From NCBI GenBank assembly GCA_951406725.2, contig OX597842.1:15686001-15750000 (forward strand): DNA of 64,000 bases, written 5' to 3'. Origin of the DNA: Octopus vulgaris (Eukaryota). A program made the position numbers and the translations under genes. Below the pieces are notes generated by a model that ran no database searches, was not told the origin of the DNA, and saw only the letters and a program-made list of their open reading frames with translations. Shown here piece by piece: positions 15,225 to 29,200 of the stretch (position 1 is the first letter of the stretch; each line of letters starts with the position of its first letter).

Positions 15225-17165
15225 AAGTTGAAAAGGAACACACGAGTTGATATATATGGTAAAAAATATCAAGATGGAAAATGCTAAAATAATTTTATAA
15301 AAAACATTTCAGTACCGGTTTCAGTCATTGAGACTTTTTCATCTGTAAGTATGGAAAAGAATTATATTTTGGAAAAATTAAAGGAATAGATTTTTAAAAG
15401 AATATTTGCATAGTGTTCAAATACAAGTGGCATTTTCTCCTCTCTCTGTCTCTCTTATTTACTCTTGTGGATTCGAGGTCGTTGTGAATTCTTGGTAGGG
15501 AAGAAGAAGAAGAAGAAGAAGAAGAAGTAGAAGAAGAAGAAGAAGAAGAAGAAGAAGAAGAAGATGAAGAAGAAGAAGAAAAATGTGGGAGTGCCATGAC
15601 AGCAGTATGTTAAATGGACAACTGCCCGGTGTTGATGTTAGTAGAATGGTCAAGTGACCCACTGTGGATGGTAGTTGTAATTGTTGAATTCCTGAAACAT
15701 CTCTTTTGAATGCTTCGATTATAAAATTTGTGTAGGTGTTATTCTAAGCAGCAATAGTGGTAAAGTTAGGAAGGAGAAGGAGGAAGACAAAGAAGAAGAA
15801 AGTGAAGGGAGAATAAGAAAGGAATATAGGTAGTATTAAAGTAGTAAGGTGTTAAATAGTCAAATTACTTAAAATTGGCACGTTAAGGATTATAGCAGTG
15901 ATTGGGACTGTTTTTAATGAATTCGTGGGAATCTATAGAGTGTATCATATTTAATAATTGCATGTGTATTTGTGTTATTCTAAGGCCGTGGCGGATATAT
16001 CGTTTGTTGTAGACGCGTTCAAAAGGGGTCTGTATTTTTCAATAAAGAGTGTTTCTTTACTGATTTGTTCCTTGTTGTAGCGTCCCTGAATTGGTAGAGG
16101 GGAAAAGTTCTGATTTTTGTTATTGGCGCAAATGTCTATGTGTTGGCTGAATGCAATTTTTCTGTTATGGGGAATTTTGATCTGGGATCTGTGCAGAGCC
16201 ATTCTTCTACGTAGACTTTTTGTTTGGCCCATGTATTGTTCTTGACACCCAGATCAGGTTAGTACATATATCAGGTTCCCCGAAGCAAATTTGAAGTTGC
16301 TTTTCACTGTGAAACGTTGTCCCTGTTCCAAAGAGAACTCTGATCCCTCAATTAAATTGACGAATATCTCACAGTTAGGTCTTCCGCAGTTTTTCACTGA
16401 CGGCTTCTGTGTTGTTGAGAGTATTCGAACTTGTGTTAGGAGACTTTTCATAGATTTGGGTTATCTCTTGCTTTTTATGATGGTGTGTGTTTGGAGGATT
16501 AAGTTCATTCTGTCTAATTTTAGCAGGGGTATGCATTGGAGGATGGTGTCGAAGGCTTCATTGTTGAGAGGGTTGTGTGTGGAGATGTATGGTAGGGCTT
16601 TTGGTTGTAAATCATTCTTTAATTTAGGATGTCTGTGTTGCTGGATGTTGAGTTGAAGAGACTGTTGAAAGCATATGTCTATTAATGAAGGTGAGTAGTT
16701 CCTGGTGATGAGTCTATCCTTTATTTCATGTAGTCGTGTGTCTCCGGTGTTTGCATCTCTTATTATAAAAGGCAGATTTTATCTGCCTCCCTTTGGGAGT
16801 TATACAAATCTACAATATAGGATTTCTTCAATTACAATTTACCTAGCAATTTTAAGAGTACAATGCATCGCGTCATGCCAGGTCCAGTTTTTAAAATTTA
16901 AACTCCAATTAAGCAAAATTTACAGAAAACTCACATTCTGGTGTGTGTGTCAAATGCTTTTCTTAGTCTGGTTTACACCACACGCAAACGCACACACACA
17001 GTGGGCAACGAATAAAGTGAAACTAGATGTAATATTTGTTTCTCTCTATCACGCTGATAGATACATGAGTAAAATGTATGGGAAGCTAACACATAAGTGT
17101 GAGTGAAAATGTTCTTGGAAGAGAGTAAATAGCCAGAGATAGTGATTTGAGGAACACTCATACAT

Positions 17166-17200
<35 letters not shown>

Positions 17201-20200
17201 TACATACATACACACACATATACATACATACACACATACATACATACATATACATACATACATACACACACACACATACACACACACACAGTATTGAAGC
17301 TTGAGAACAATCAGATACACTTGCAACACATCTGTTGAAAATATTATTGTTCACACACATACATATACATATATACATACAAACAGACAGACAGATAGAC
17401 ACACACACACATGATCCAGCATGGCCACAACCTCAAGGCTGAAACATATAAAAGAATAACAGAATATAAATGTGTGCATGTGTGTGAGAGAGAGAGTGTG
17501 TGTGTATGTATGTATGTATGTATGTATGTATGTATGTATGTATGTATGTATGTATGTATGTATATATATATAATAATGCGGTTTTTTCAACAGCTTGAAC
17601 TAAAAGTCAGAGGAGAATGGGATAAACTACTTATATTAACTTGCTATAAAAGCAGGTAGTAATTTTATCTTGTCCTTATTCATAGTGCAAATTTTGAAGA
17701 GTGCATTTCGATTTTAACAGCTATTTTTTTCAAAGCTATATTGGAACAGCCTAGAAGACGAGCCTCATCCTGAAAGATCTGTAGAACTCGACAAGGACAT
17801 CCTGAAAACCCTGGTGGAACAAAATATCATCGTAACTGTTGAGGAACTAGCAGAGAAGCTTGGATTTGGTCATTCAACCATTCATTGAGACCTGTGTGCT
17901 ATCGGAAAAGTCAGCAAATTGGGTCAATGGGTTCCTCACGAACTTTCCGAGTCTAATTGCATGCAGAGAGTGAATGTATGCTTTTCTTTGCTGTCACATC
18001 TCACCACTACTGCGCTATGTATATCTATATATATAAAACTGTAGTTGTGTGAGTGTCTGTCCCCTTCGATTTAGATTCCTAACTACTCCCACATTTTGCG
18101 GTGCAGTTTAACCAAATTCGGGAAGCTTATAGTCGTGATTCATATCGAGCCCGTCTGAGTATTAGCGCGCGTCTACGATGAGTCTACGATTTTAAAAATA
18201 ACTTAACATCATTTTTTATTCCATTTTAATGCATAATTTTTCGTGTGTCGATGGCGGCGGAGTTGGCGTCCACGCTCACAGCTGCACCTGTGGGGAAGGG
18301 AGTGTAAGGAAATCAACGTCGTAATGCGTTGTCAAGGAGACCAGCGTTCTTTTAGAACAACGACTTCATGGCTTGAAGACACCAAAACAAAAATGGCTAA
18401 GAAAGCGTCTACATGAGTCTACGATTTAAAAAAAAAATTACCATCGTTTTTTTTTCCATTTTAATGCATTTTTTCGCTATTATATAAGGGAAGTAACTCT
18501 CTAAAAATGTCTACGATGAGTCAACGATTTTTCAAAAAATTTACCATCATATTTTTTCCATTTTTAATGCATTTTTTGCTATTTTTGGGCTATAACTCTC
18601 TAAAAATGCTTATATAGTTATTTCCCTTACAAACCCGAGCAACGCCGGGCGATACTGCTAGTTAGAAACTATAGTACATACCCCTTTTGCTAGGTTGAAG
18701 AGAATATAGTATATATCTGTTATAGTATATATCTGTTTCCATTACGTTGTTAGAATTCTTGGTGAGGATATCGAGGAAGGGAAGTTGTTTCTTTGGCATG
18801 AAAATATAGAGAAACTTAAAGAATCCCAAGCACTTCTAAATGGACTTGACTTAAATATTCAATTTATGGTTGAATATAGCCAGCAACACCTTACGTCTCT
18901 CTCATTAACTGAATCCCCGACGAACACTGAGAACGAGAGCGTGTTTTAACGACAAACTACAAAGTGTATACACTATAATCTTTATCAACTACCAACTTCA
19001 ACCACAATCCGATTCCTGTAAGCCATGTGTTAAAGGGTAATATGTCACAAATATGGAAAAATAACTAACACCCGATGCTATATTCAGTAGGAAAGATAAT
19101 ATAAGAGCACGCTTGGAGAAACTAGCAAGTTCATAGCAGAATGCGGTGGAAGGCGTTCCTATTTGATAGAAAGAATATATAAGAGGATAAACCAGCGAAC
19201 ATGGATGCACATTCAGTAAAATCAAGGACAATCCACCGACAAACCAACACATAACCAGGTTCGTGGAGGAAATCTAAGATATATTGGGTCATTCCATAAA
19301 TAATGCGGTTTTTTCAATCGAATGAACTAAAAAGTCGAAGAGTGCAGTTTGGTTTCAACAGTTATTTTTTCAAAGTTATAATGGAAGTGACGGCGTGTCT
19401 TGCTTTATGAGTTCAATAAAGGCAACAACGCAACGGAAAACGTGAGGAATAACAATGCATTATATGGGGATTGGACAATAAGTGTAAGCCAGTGTCAACG
19501 GTGTTTCCAGAAATTCCGAGCCGGAGACTACAGCATAGGTGACGAGCCTCATCTTTGGAGGATCTGTAGAGCTCGACGAAGCGTCCTTCAAACCCTGGGG
19601 GAAAAAATCCCATCCTAACCAGTCAGTAATACCTGCGCTAGAAGAAAAGTGACCATCTTTGATTTCAAGACGAAAGGTGTTCTTCCATCAGGATAATGCT
19701 TAGCCAAGTACAGCAAGGATGACATTTCAAAGACTGGAGCAGTTTCAATAGGAAACGATGCCCCACCCAACATATTTGCCGTCGTTGCACCATCTGATAA
19801 TCATTTATTCCGTAGTCTTTGAAATTATTTGGACAGAAAAAATATGAATTCTATAAACGAGGGCAGAACAGTACTGGGGGAGTATTTTTCATAAGGGGCG
19901 GGCAAGGAAATTTCGGAAGAGGGGCCTTGAAATTCTACAAAATAGATAGAACATTGTAGAAAATGAAGGAGAGTATATTCTATATTAAAAACATTTGTCT
20001 TAGTTTTGAAAGAAAAAGGGAGTATAAAAAAGTGCATTATTTGTGGGATGACTCAATAATCAGAGCATGAAATTCAGAAAGTATCCTCCTAGACAAATGA
20101 TATCTTTTGATAGTAAAATGAAGTTTGGCTTGCTAATTAACTTATAGGAAGATATAATTGTTGTGATGCTATCACTTTTTATTGGTTAATTCATGAGTTC

Positions 20201-23200
20201 TTTTGTCTCTATTAGTCCATTTCGTTATACCTAGTTTTATAACATTTTCATGCTGTTATATATCTATAATTATAGCCATATCGTTATATGTCACTAATTA
20301 CAATAATAATTATATATAACTGATGCTACCGATTCACATATTAATGATAATTTAGAGCTCAGGCATTCAAAGCTGATATTATTTCTGTGTGCATTCTTGT
20401 AATGATGAGTTTTCAGGTTGGCGTGTTGATTAATTTTTTGAATGATGGGCCATATTTTGGGTCACAACCGATTGTGCCCTTTGTTTATCCCCGCGAGAAT
20501 CGATGCGGGATGAAGAAATAATTATAGTTATAAGTCATTTGCATTATTCGGTAGCTTCGTAAAATCTATGTTAGCTAAGTCTAAAAGCGTTAGCGGTAAT
20601 ACACTTCGGAAACTTCATAGAAGTCCCTTTGTCTAGCTTCGTTTCATTGTCACCATTGGTCAATGAATGACTTTCTCACTGAGACTACACCGCTGTCATA
20701 TTGTTTCCCACGGCTTCGCCTGTAACCCTAGATTGAATGGAAGATGGGTGATACGCTGAGCCAAAGGGCAGCTGTGTTTGCGCCAACAAAGTATTTCCTT
20801 ATTTGACGTAATCCCTATATTTAAAGGCTGTTCCATTGTCCACCGCCTGGTAACCTACCGAATAGTAGATACTCACTCAAGATTTACACATTCGCACACA
20901 CATTCATAGCCATCCTTAAATCGCGAGTCGTGCGAGTATGTCTTGGTAACATATCTAATGCTTTTACTAATTGCTTCAGGTGCCGATGTATTTCCGAGCA
21001 GACATAGATACACTTTTATATCTCCAACCCTAACCCTGACCCAGCTGTCACATCCAACACCTGACTGGGAAACATTTACAACTAAGTAGACTGAATCAAC
21101 CTTGATCAACGTCGCAAACACCGAGCTTAGTTCATGAACTGAACCAATCACATTATGATAGAGCAGCGACATGCTAATAACTGTGTCATATCTTTCACAC
21201 ACACTGAGGTACTACAAGTAGAAACTGATACCAACTTCTCAAATGCAGCCCAAATCAATTTTCCCCTCTCATAGTCACAGGATCCACGCTCAAATCATAT
21301 CCAGTGCTATGGCAGTTTTAACAGTCAAAACAGCTCAGCTCAGATTTAATCTATTGGCTGAAGTAAAGTCATAGAGATGGGAACAGATTGCATTAAATGA
21401 TAGAATATCATAAATGCCGGACAAGAAATTCAAAGTTGTCTCTTGAATAAAGTCCAACATCTTTTTACACAAAAATATCTAAAAATCAAATGATTCTGGC
21501 AGCCATAAAGAATACTCTTCTGTTTTCTTTTGATCATGAAGGAAGTCACTTTTGAAGAAGAACATCGCTCTAGGAGAAAGTAGATCCCGTGTATATCTAG
21601 GACTGCATTTAAAAGACTATTATTTTTCATTTTAGAACCAGAAAATATTTCAATCCTAACAACTCCCACTTTTTGATGCTTAAGTAACCAAAGTAAGACC
21701 ACTCTTACATCAGTAATATTAACCGCTATGTTTAGTTATTCATCCTCAGAATATCGGCTTCCGGAATGCCCTCCATGTTCTTGTCTTCTTACCGGTGGGA
21801 ATTTATCTGTAACAATTTAAACGGAGCATTACCATCATCTCTCTCACCCATATCACACAACCAGCGAAATTAATGATCTCTACATCTTCTTCAAAACGCA
21901 GAAAGTAAAAACAAGTGGGATTTGAACTTAAAATGCAAAGAGCTAGAAAATGTCCATACCAGACCAAGTCCCACATCCCTATATTTGTTCTAGTTCAGTG
22001 GCCTCTTTAAGTACGCAAAACTCCGTAATTTAAGGACGTCCTCGGCTGGATTTTAAGTGAGAATACCGACTGCTAGATTAAATACCACAAGGTGTCATTC
22101 AACTCGATGACCTGCAGGTTCGTCAAATTTTTAACTAAATTATGAATTAAAATTTCTAAATAGTATATATCGTATATTCACCATCTGCATATATACCGAT
22201 TTCTATTTTATTCAGACAATCCCAAATGTGTAGAGAAGCAATTAAATTCGCATGAATCGATCGAATATAGTATTGGCATATTTTATTTAAACTGGAAACT
22301 TGAAATATTTAATGCCATATAACTTTTTCTACTGTAGACACAAGACCAGAAACTTTGGTGTAAGGAGAATCGATTAGATCGACCCTAGTACGCAATTGTT
22401 ACTTAATTTATCGACCCCGAAAGGATGAAAGGCAATGTCGACTTCGGCGGAATTTAAGTCAGAACGATTAATGCATTATAATACAAATCCTTTAATCTGA
22501 AATAATACTCAGGAAGAGTCGAACCCTCTCTGTACAATCTAGGATACTTTTCAGTTGAAAAGATCGAGAGATCAGCTAAATCTTAAGCTTAAAGGATTTT
22601 GTAGAATTATAACTAATGTGTTTTTATATCTAAAAAGGTATCGGGTTCATGATATCAACCTAAATTTTACCGATGACGACTTTAATAAAAATAAGTTTCA
22701 TAATACCGGACTATTTTACGTGTTTCATTTACGTAATTTCAGAGTCAGGCAATTTAAGCGGATCTCGTAATTATCTGCAGTTTAATTAGTCTAACAATAT
22801 CACTTTTAATTGTAAACGTAATATAGACATGCAATAATTAACTGTCATTCTGTTACTAAATCAGCTAATATCAATATAACTGTAACAATAAACATCTTCT
22901 ATTTAGGAAATGATGTTGCGAAATGCGGCACCCGGGGGGCAGCCCAGCAAGCAGATTTGATTAAAGTGGAAGAAGTAGGCATACCCGGCCGGATTATTTG
23001 CGTAATGTGGTTCTTCGTTGCCAGGTTCAAGTCGACTACTCACATGGCATCATTACACCGATTTCTTTGCTGCCAAATCCACACTGTATGCCATTCTTCG
23101 TCGTCTGACCTCACACCAACTGTTCACATAACCCAACTCTCATCTCTAACTCTTCCCATCGCCCAACACTTATCCGATTTTTAATTACCTACAAGGGTCT

Positions 23201-26200
23201 AACATAGACGGACAATACGCACATTTGGGGATAATAAACATATGAAAGAACAGAAGAAGAAGAAAAAGAAGAAATGGAAGAAGAAGAAGAAGAAGAAGAA
23301 GAAGAAGGAGAAAAATGAGGAAGAGCAGAACGATAAGATGTAGAAGAAGAGAAAGAAAAACGAGAATGGTAGGACAAAAACAACATCAAATCAACAACAT
23401 TAAAACAATAATAGAGGAAGTAGAAGAAGAAAACGGAGACGAAGAATATGTAGATGGAGATAATAACTAATATGATGAAAGGAAGGAAACGAAAATGACG
23501 AAAAGAAGAAGAAGACGAAGAAAAAGAGGAGGAGTGAGAAGAAGAAGAGCAAGGAAGTGGAGGAGGAGGTAATGAAGATGAAGTGGAAGTAGAAGTCAAA
23601 GAAGAAGAGGAAGGAGATGAAGAATAAGTCGGAGAAGAAAAGAAGAAGAAAGGAACAAGAATAAGTACAAGAAGAATTTTATAAATGAGTTTTATAAATG
23701 ATGTAGTTCTAAATGTACAAATGCCATCGGTATTGAAGCATGTTATTTAGCGTAAACACCAGACATAATATCCATACCGAATGATAGACACAGGTGAATA
23801 GGGATTTGTATGTTTCATAGTGATGATGAACATGGTGTTGATGCTGATGATGTTGGTGGTGAAGTTTCTCTTGTCGATGATGATGAACATATAATACCGT
23901 GTGAAAGGAAAATGACGAGAGTGAGCGAAATTACAAACATGGAAATATATCGTCAATGATATACTATAAATGAAGATTGATTTAACTTACAGTTCATATA
24001 AATTGGTCAAATATTGGAAGGTTTCTGGTTGGATTTCTTTCAGGTTATTATTGTTCAAATACCTGGAACATGAAATTGAGTCAAGATAAAACTTTATGGA
24101 ACAAGCATGTGGTTGTATATAACATATTCCAAGTAAGGAATTAGACTATGGAAATCATGAAGAGTTGATTACGGTTCTGTTGAAATTGATAATGACGATG
24201 ATGATGATGTTCAAGTGGGTGCAACTAACTGCGGTAGGATATGGTAATGAATGAACTTGATGATAAAGCTAACTTATTGCGGTAGTGTGTGGTAATGAAT
24301 GAAGTTAATGATAAAGGTAATGATGAGCCTGACAATATTGAAAACTGAGAGAAAGAAAAGTGTTGCGGATAATAATGTCGGTAATGATGATGGGAACGAA
24401 GAAATTGATAATGAATGAGAAGTAAATGAAAATCGGTAAGAAGGAGAATAAGAAAATATAGAAGAAAAATATGAAGATGACGAAAAAGTAGACGAAATGG
24501 AATATAAATAAGAATGATTAGAAATGAAGAACGACGAAGAAGAAGAAAATGAAGAAAAAGTAGAGCAGGAAGATACGAAGTAGAAGAAGAGAAAGAAAAA
24601 GAAGAATGTTAGCACAAAATCAACATCAAATCAACAACATTAAAAACAATAATTAGAAGAAGTAGAGAGAGAGAAAGAATATACAGATGGAGAAGATAAC
24701 TAAAATGATGAAACGAAGAAAAGGAAAATGATGAAAAGTAGAAGAAGGAGAAGAAGAAGAAGAAGAAGAAGATGAAGAAGAAGAAAAAGGAGAAGAAGGG
24801 GAATTAGTGTATGAATAATATACTTCTAAATATAGAATTACATGTAATATTCAATGATGTGAATTAGCATCGATCTATCGATCTGGAGGTAATCACCGTA
24901 CATAATGTGCATATCGTATTACACTCATATATGAATGCACTTCTTCAGACACAGACGCAAATACATGCATTTGCTGAAAAGTTTCCTCTCAATTCTCACC
25001 CTTTCCTATATGCCATATCTTATACATGGGGCTTCCCACTCTTTAACACACAATTACAGAAAGGTGGAGGATCATATAATCAAGTAAGGGACGATATTAC
25101 AAATATGCAAACATAGCAGCAATGATATACTATAAATAAAAACTGATTTGACTTACAGTATTTTTAAACTGGTCAGGTTTCGGAAGGTTTCAGTTTTCAT
25201 TTGATTCAGAATATTATAGTTCAAACGCCTGGAACATAAAATTGATTTAAGATGAAAATTTATGGAACAGGTTTTTGGAAGTATATAACATATTTCGAGT
25301 AAAGTATTAGACTATGGAAGTCATGAAGAGTTGATTACGGTTCTGTTGAAATTGATAATGATGATGATGATGATGTTCAAATGGGTGCAACTAACTGCGG
25401 TTGTCTATGGTAATGAATAAAGTTGATGATGAACCTGACAATGTTGACGGCTGAGAGAAAGAATCATGTTGCGGAGAATAATCTCAGTAATAATGATGGG
25501 AACGAAGAATGTTTCGGGGACCACTACCCTGGGATGATCATGAAGCAAGCAAGCGTGTGTTTATGCACGCACGAGTGTATGTAAGCATGTGTGTATGTAT
25601 GTGTTTTTCTGTATGCACGTGTGTGTTACCTCAATAGTTGAACATGAAGAACGAAGAATATTACATCTTCATAATTTATTTGTTGAAGCATTTTCTTCAT
25701 ATCACATTCATTGGTTAATCAGCCCAAGATTTCCTCAAGATGCTAAAAAGTACCTGCTCGTATTTCAAATTCCTATTCCATTACGTTACATATGTGTGTG
25801 TGTGTGGCTGTGTGTATATATGTATGTATATGCATATGTACATACGAGGGGATACACAAAAGTAACCGTAAATCTTCTCTGTAAGACAAACCCCCTTGTA
25901 GTTCAGGTTTCCGTCGATAAACTCCACTTGATGCGACTGTCAGGCATCAGTCAGCCAACCGGCGTTATCCGCTAGTGTTGTACTGCCGCGTAGTTCGTCT
26001 TTGTTTTGACGTGTTTCTGCTCAGTTCGTATGATTTTTGCAATGGCTGGAACGAAGGAACATTGTGCTTCTGTGAAATTCTGTTTACTGCTGCTGAAAAC
26101 TGCAGATGAAACAATTCTCATGCATCCCATCACAAGGATGATGCAATGGGCAAAGCACAAGTTTATGAATGGTTTTCTCGATTTAGGAATGGTCACTTGT

Positions 26201-29200
26201 CGCTTGAAAACCAACCTCATTCATGACAACCGTCGACCTCCCAAACATCATGAAAATTCATGATCTGATCCTGGAGGACTGTCACTGAGCAATTGATGAA
26301 CTTGTTGACATGTCAGTTTTGTCCTCGAGCTCCTGGCAATGAAGTTTGTGCGAGGAATTGTGAATGAAAAGCGTTCAAGCAAAATCTGTGCCTTGTTTGC
26401 TCACGGAATGTCAAAAACAGTCACGGCTGAATGCGTGTCGTTAGCTAGAATAACGGTTATGAGGTAATCCGAAAGTTTTTTCGAAGGTCATCACTGGTGA
26501 CGAAAGCTAGTACTACGGAATTTGAAGATGTTGAAGTAAGGAAAGAAATCGATGGGGGCGTTAAAAAGCATCACTTTGGAATAGGTCCAACACGGATTCC
26601 AGTAGCTGAAAAGGCGACAGGAACGTTGCATTGATTAAAAGGGAGAATTCTTTGAACACAATAAGAGTGTAAATATGTAAAACTAAGTGAATAATGTAAG
26701 GTATAACAGCCATCTCAATATGGCTAACAACAAAGTGGGGGTGTTACTGTAGCTTTTAGCCCCAGGAGATCGACGTCTCCAGCTGGCTTTAGACACACTT
26801 TCTGTGTCCTTTAGGTATTTGCAAAGGGAAGACATCCCTTCCTCGTAAGTCTCATCGTTTCCTTATATTTTGTGTAAACCGTTGTTTAAAAGATGCCAAG
26901 ACGCAAAAAATCCTCAGTTTGTCTGTGAATGTTAATTCACTGAGAATTGTAAATAAACAGAACATAAGTAAAATCTAAAATACACTTTACTTTTATATTT
27001 ATATTTTCTGTGGTAAATGTTTTTATAACATACGCTACACATTTTCAAAGTATCTTTAAAGTAATTGTTTTTCTAACAAGTCAACTTTTACAATGACTAA
27101 CGTAGTGCTTGAATTATACAACGTTCTTATTTCGCCCTTGGTTGCAGACAAGTGGTGAAGATCTCACATTTGATATTTAGGATGTCGGCTGGCAAGCTAA
27201 GACTTCATAGTTTTTATCTTACAGAATATGGCTTATTGTACTCTGTACCTTATATATCTTCGCCTTTGCAACTATACAACACATAACAAGGTTTTCTACA
27301 CTCACAACCCTTTAATTACTAGATTTATTTTGATTGTGAAATGATGTAAAGGCTTGCTGATCATCATCTTGTAGGGAAGATTTGATAATTGTATTTTTAT
27401 CACTTTTCGTTAGTCAATTCATGAGTCGTTTTGCCTTTATTGGTCCATTTCGTTAAACCTAGTTTTATTACACTTTCATGCTATTATATATATATATATA
27501 TATAATTATAGACATATCGTTATAACTCACTAATTACAATAATAATTATACATAACTGATGCTACCGATTCACATATTAATGATAATTTAGAGCTCAGGC
27601 ATTCAAAGCTGATATTATTTCTGTTTTCTTGCATTTTTTGGAATAAAGAGTTTTCAGGTTGACGCTGTTGATTAATTTTTTGAATGATGGGCCATATTTT
27701 GGGCCACAACCGATTGGGCCCTTTGTTTATCCCCGCAAGAATCGATGCCAGATGAAGAAATAATTATAGTTATAAGTCATCTGCATTATTCGGTAGCTTC
27801 ATAACATCTATGTTAGCTAAGTCTAAAAGCGTTAGCGGTAATACATTTCGGAAACTACATAGAAGCCCCTTTGTCTAGCATCGTATCATTGTCACCATTG
27901 GCCAATGGATGACTTTCTCACTGAGACTACACCGCTGTCATATTACTTCCCATGGTTTCGCCTGTAAACGTAGACTGAGTGGAAGATGGGTGATACGCTG
28001 AGCCAAAGGGCAGCTGTGTTTGCGCCAACAAAGTATTTCCTTATTTGACGTAATCCCTATATTCAAAGGATGTTCCATTGTCCACCGCCTGGTAAACTAC
28101 CGTATAGTAGATTCTCACTCAAGATTTACACATTCACACACACACATTCATCGCCATCCTTAATTCGCGAGTCGAGCGAGTATGTCTTGGCAACATATCT
28201 AATGCTTTTACTAATTGCTTCAGGTGCCAATGTATTTCCGAGCAGTCATAGATACTCTTTTATGTCTCCAACGCTAAACCTAACACAGATGTCGCATCCA
28301 ACATTTGACTGGTACACATTTACAGCTGAGTAGACTGGATCAATCCTGATCAAAGTCCCAAACACCGAGATTAGTTCAAGAACTGAACCAATCACATTAT
28401 GATCGTGCAGCGACATGCTAATCACTGTGTCATATCTTTCACACACACTGACGTACTACAAGTAGAAACTGATACCAACATCTCAAATGCAGCCCAAAAC
28501 AATTTTCCCTCTCATCAACAAGTCACTGGATCCACACTCAAATCATATCCAGTGCTATGGCAGTTTTAACAGTCAAAACATTTCAGCTCAGATTTAATCT
28601 ATTGGCTGAGGCTAAAGTCGCAGAGATGGGAACAGATTGCAAAAAATGATAGAATATCATAAAATGCCTTACAAGAAATTCAAATTTGTATCTTGAATAA
28701 AGTCCAACACCTTTTCACACAAAAACATCAAAAAATCAAAGGATTCTGGCAGCCATAAAGAATTCTCTTCTGTTTTCTTTTGATCATGAAGGAAGCCACT
28801 TTTGAAGAAGTACATCACTGTGGGAGAATGTAGATCCCGTGTATATCTAGGACGGAATTTAAAAGACATTTTTTTTTTATGGGAATCAGAAAATATTTCA
28901 TCCCTCAACAACTCCCACTTTTTGACGCTCAAGTAACCAAAGTAAGACCACTCTTTTTATTAACATTCCTTCAGTAATATTAACCGCTATGTTTAGTTCT
29001 GCATCCTCAGAACATCCGCTTCTGGAATCCCCTCTACGTTCTTGTCTTCTATCCTGCGGGAATTTATCTGTAACAATTTAAACGGAGCATTACCATCCTC
29101 ACTCTCACCCATATCACACAACCAGCGAAATTAATGAGCTCTACTCCTTCTTCAAAACGCAAATTTGAAGTGGGATTTGAACTTAAAATGCAGAGAGCTA

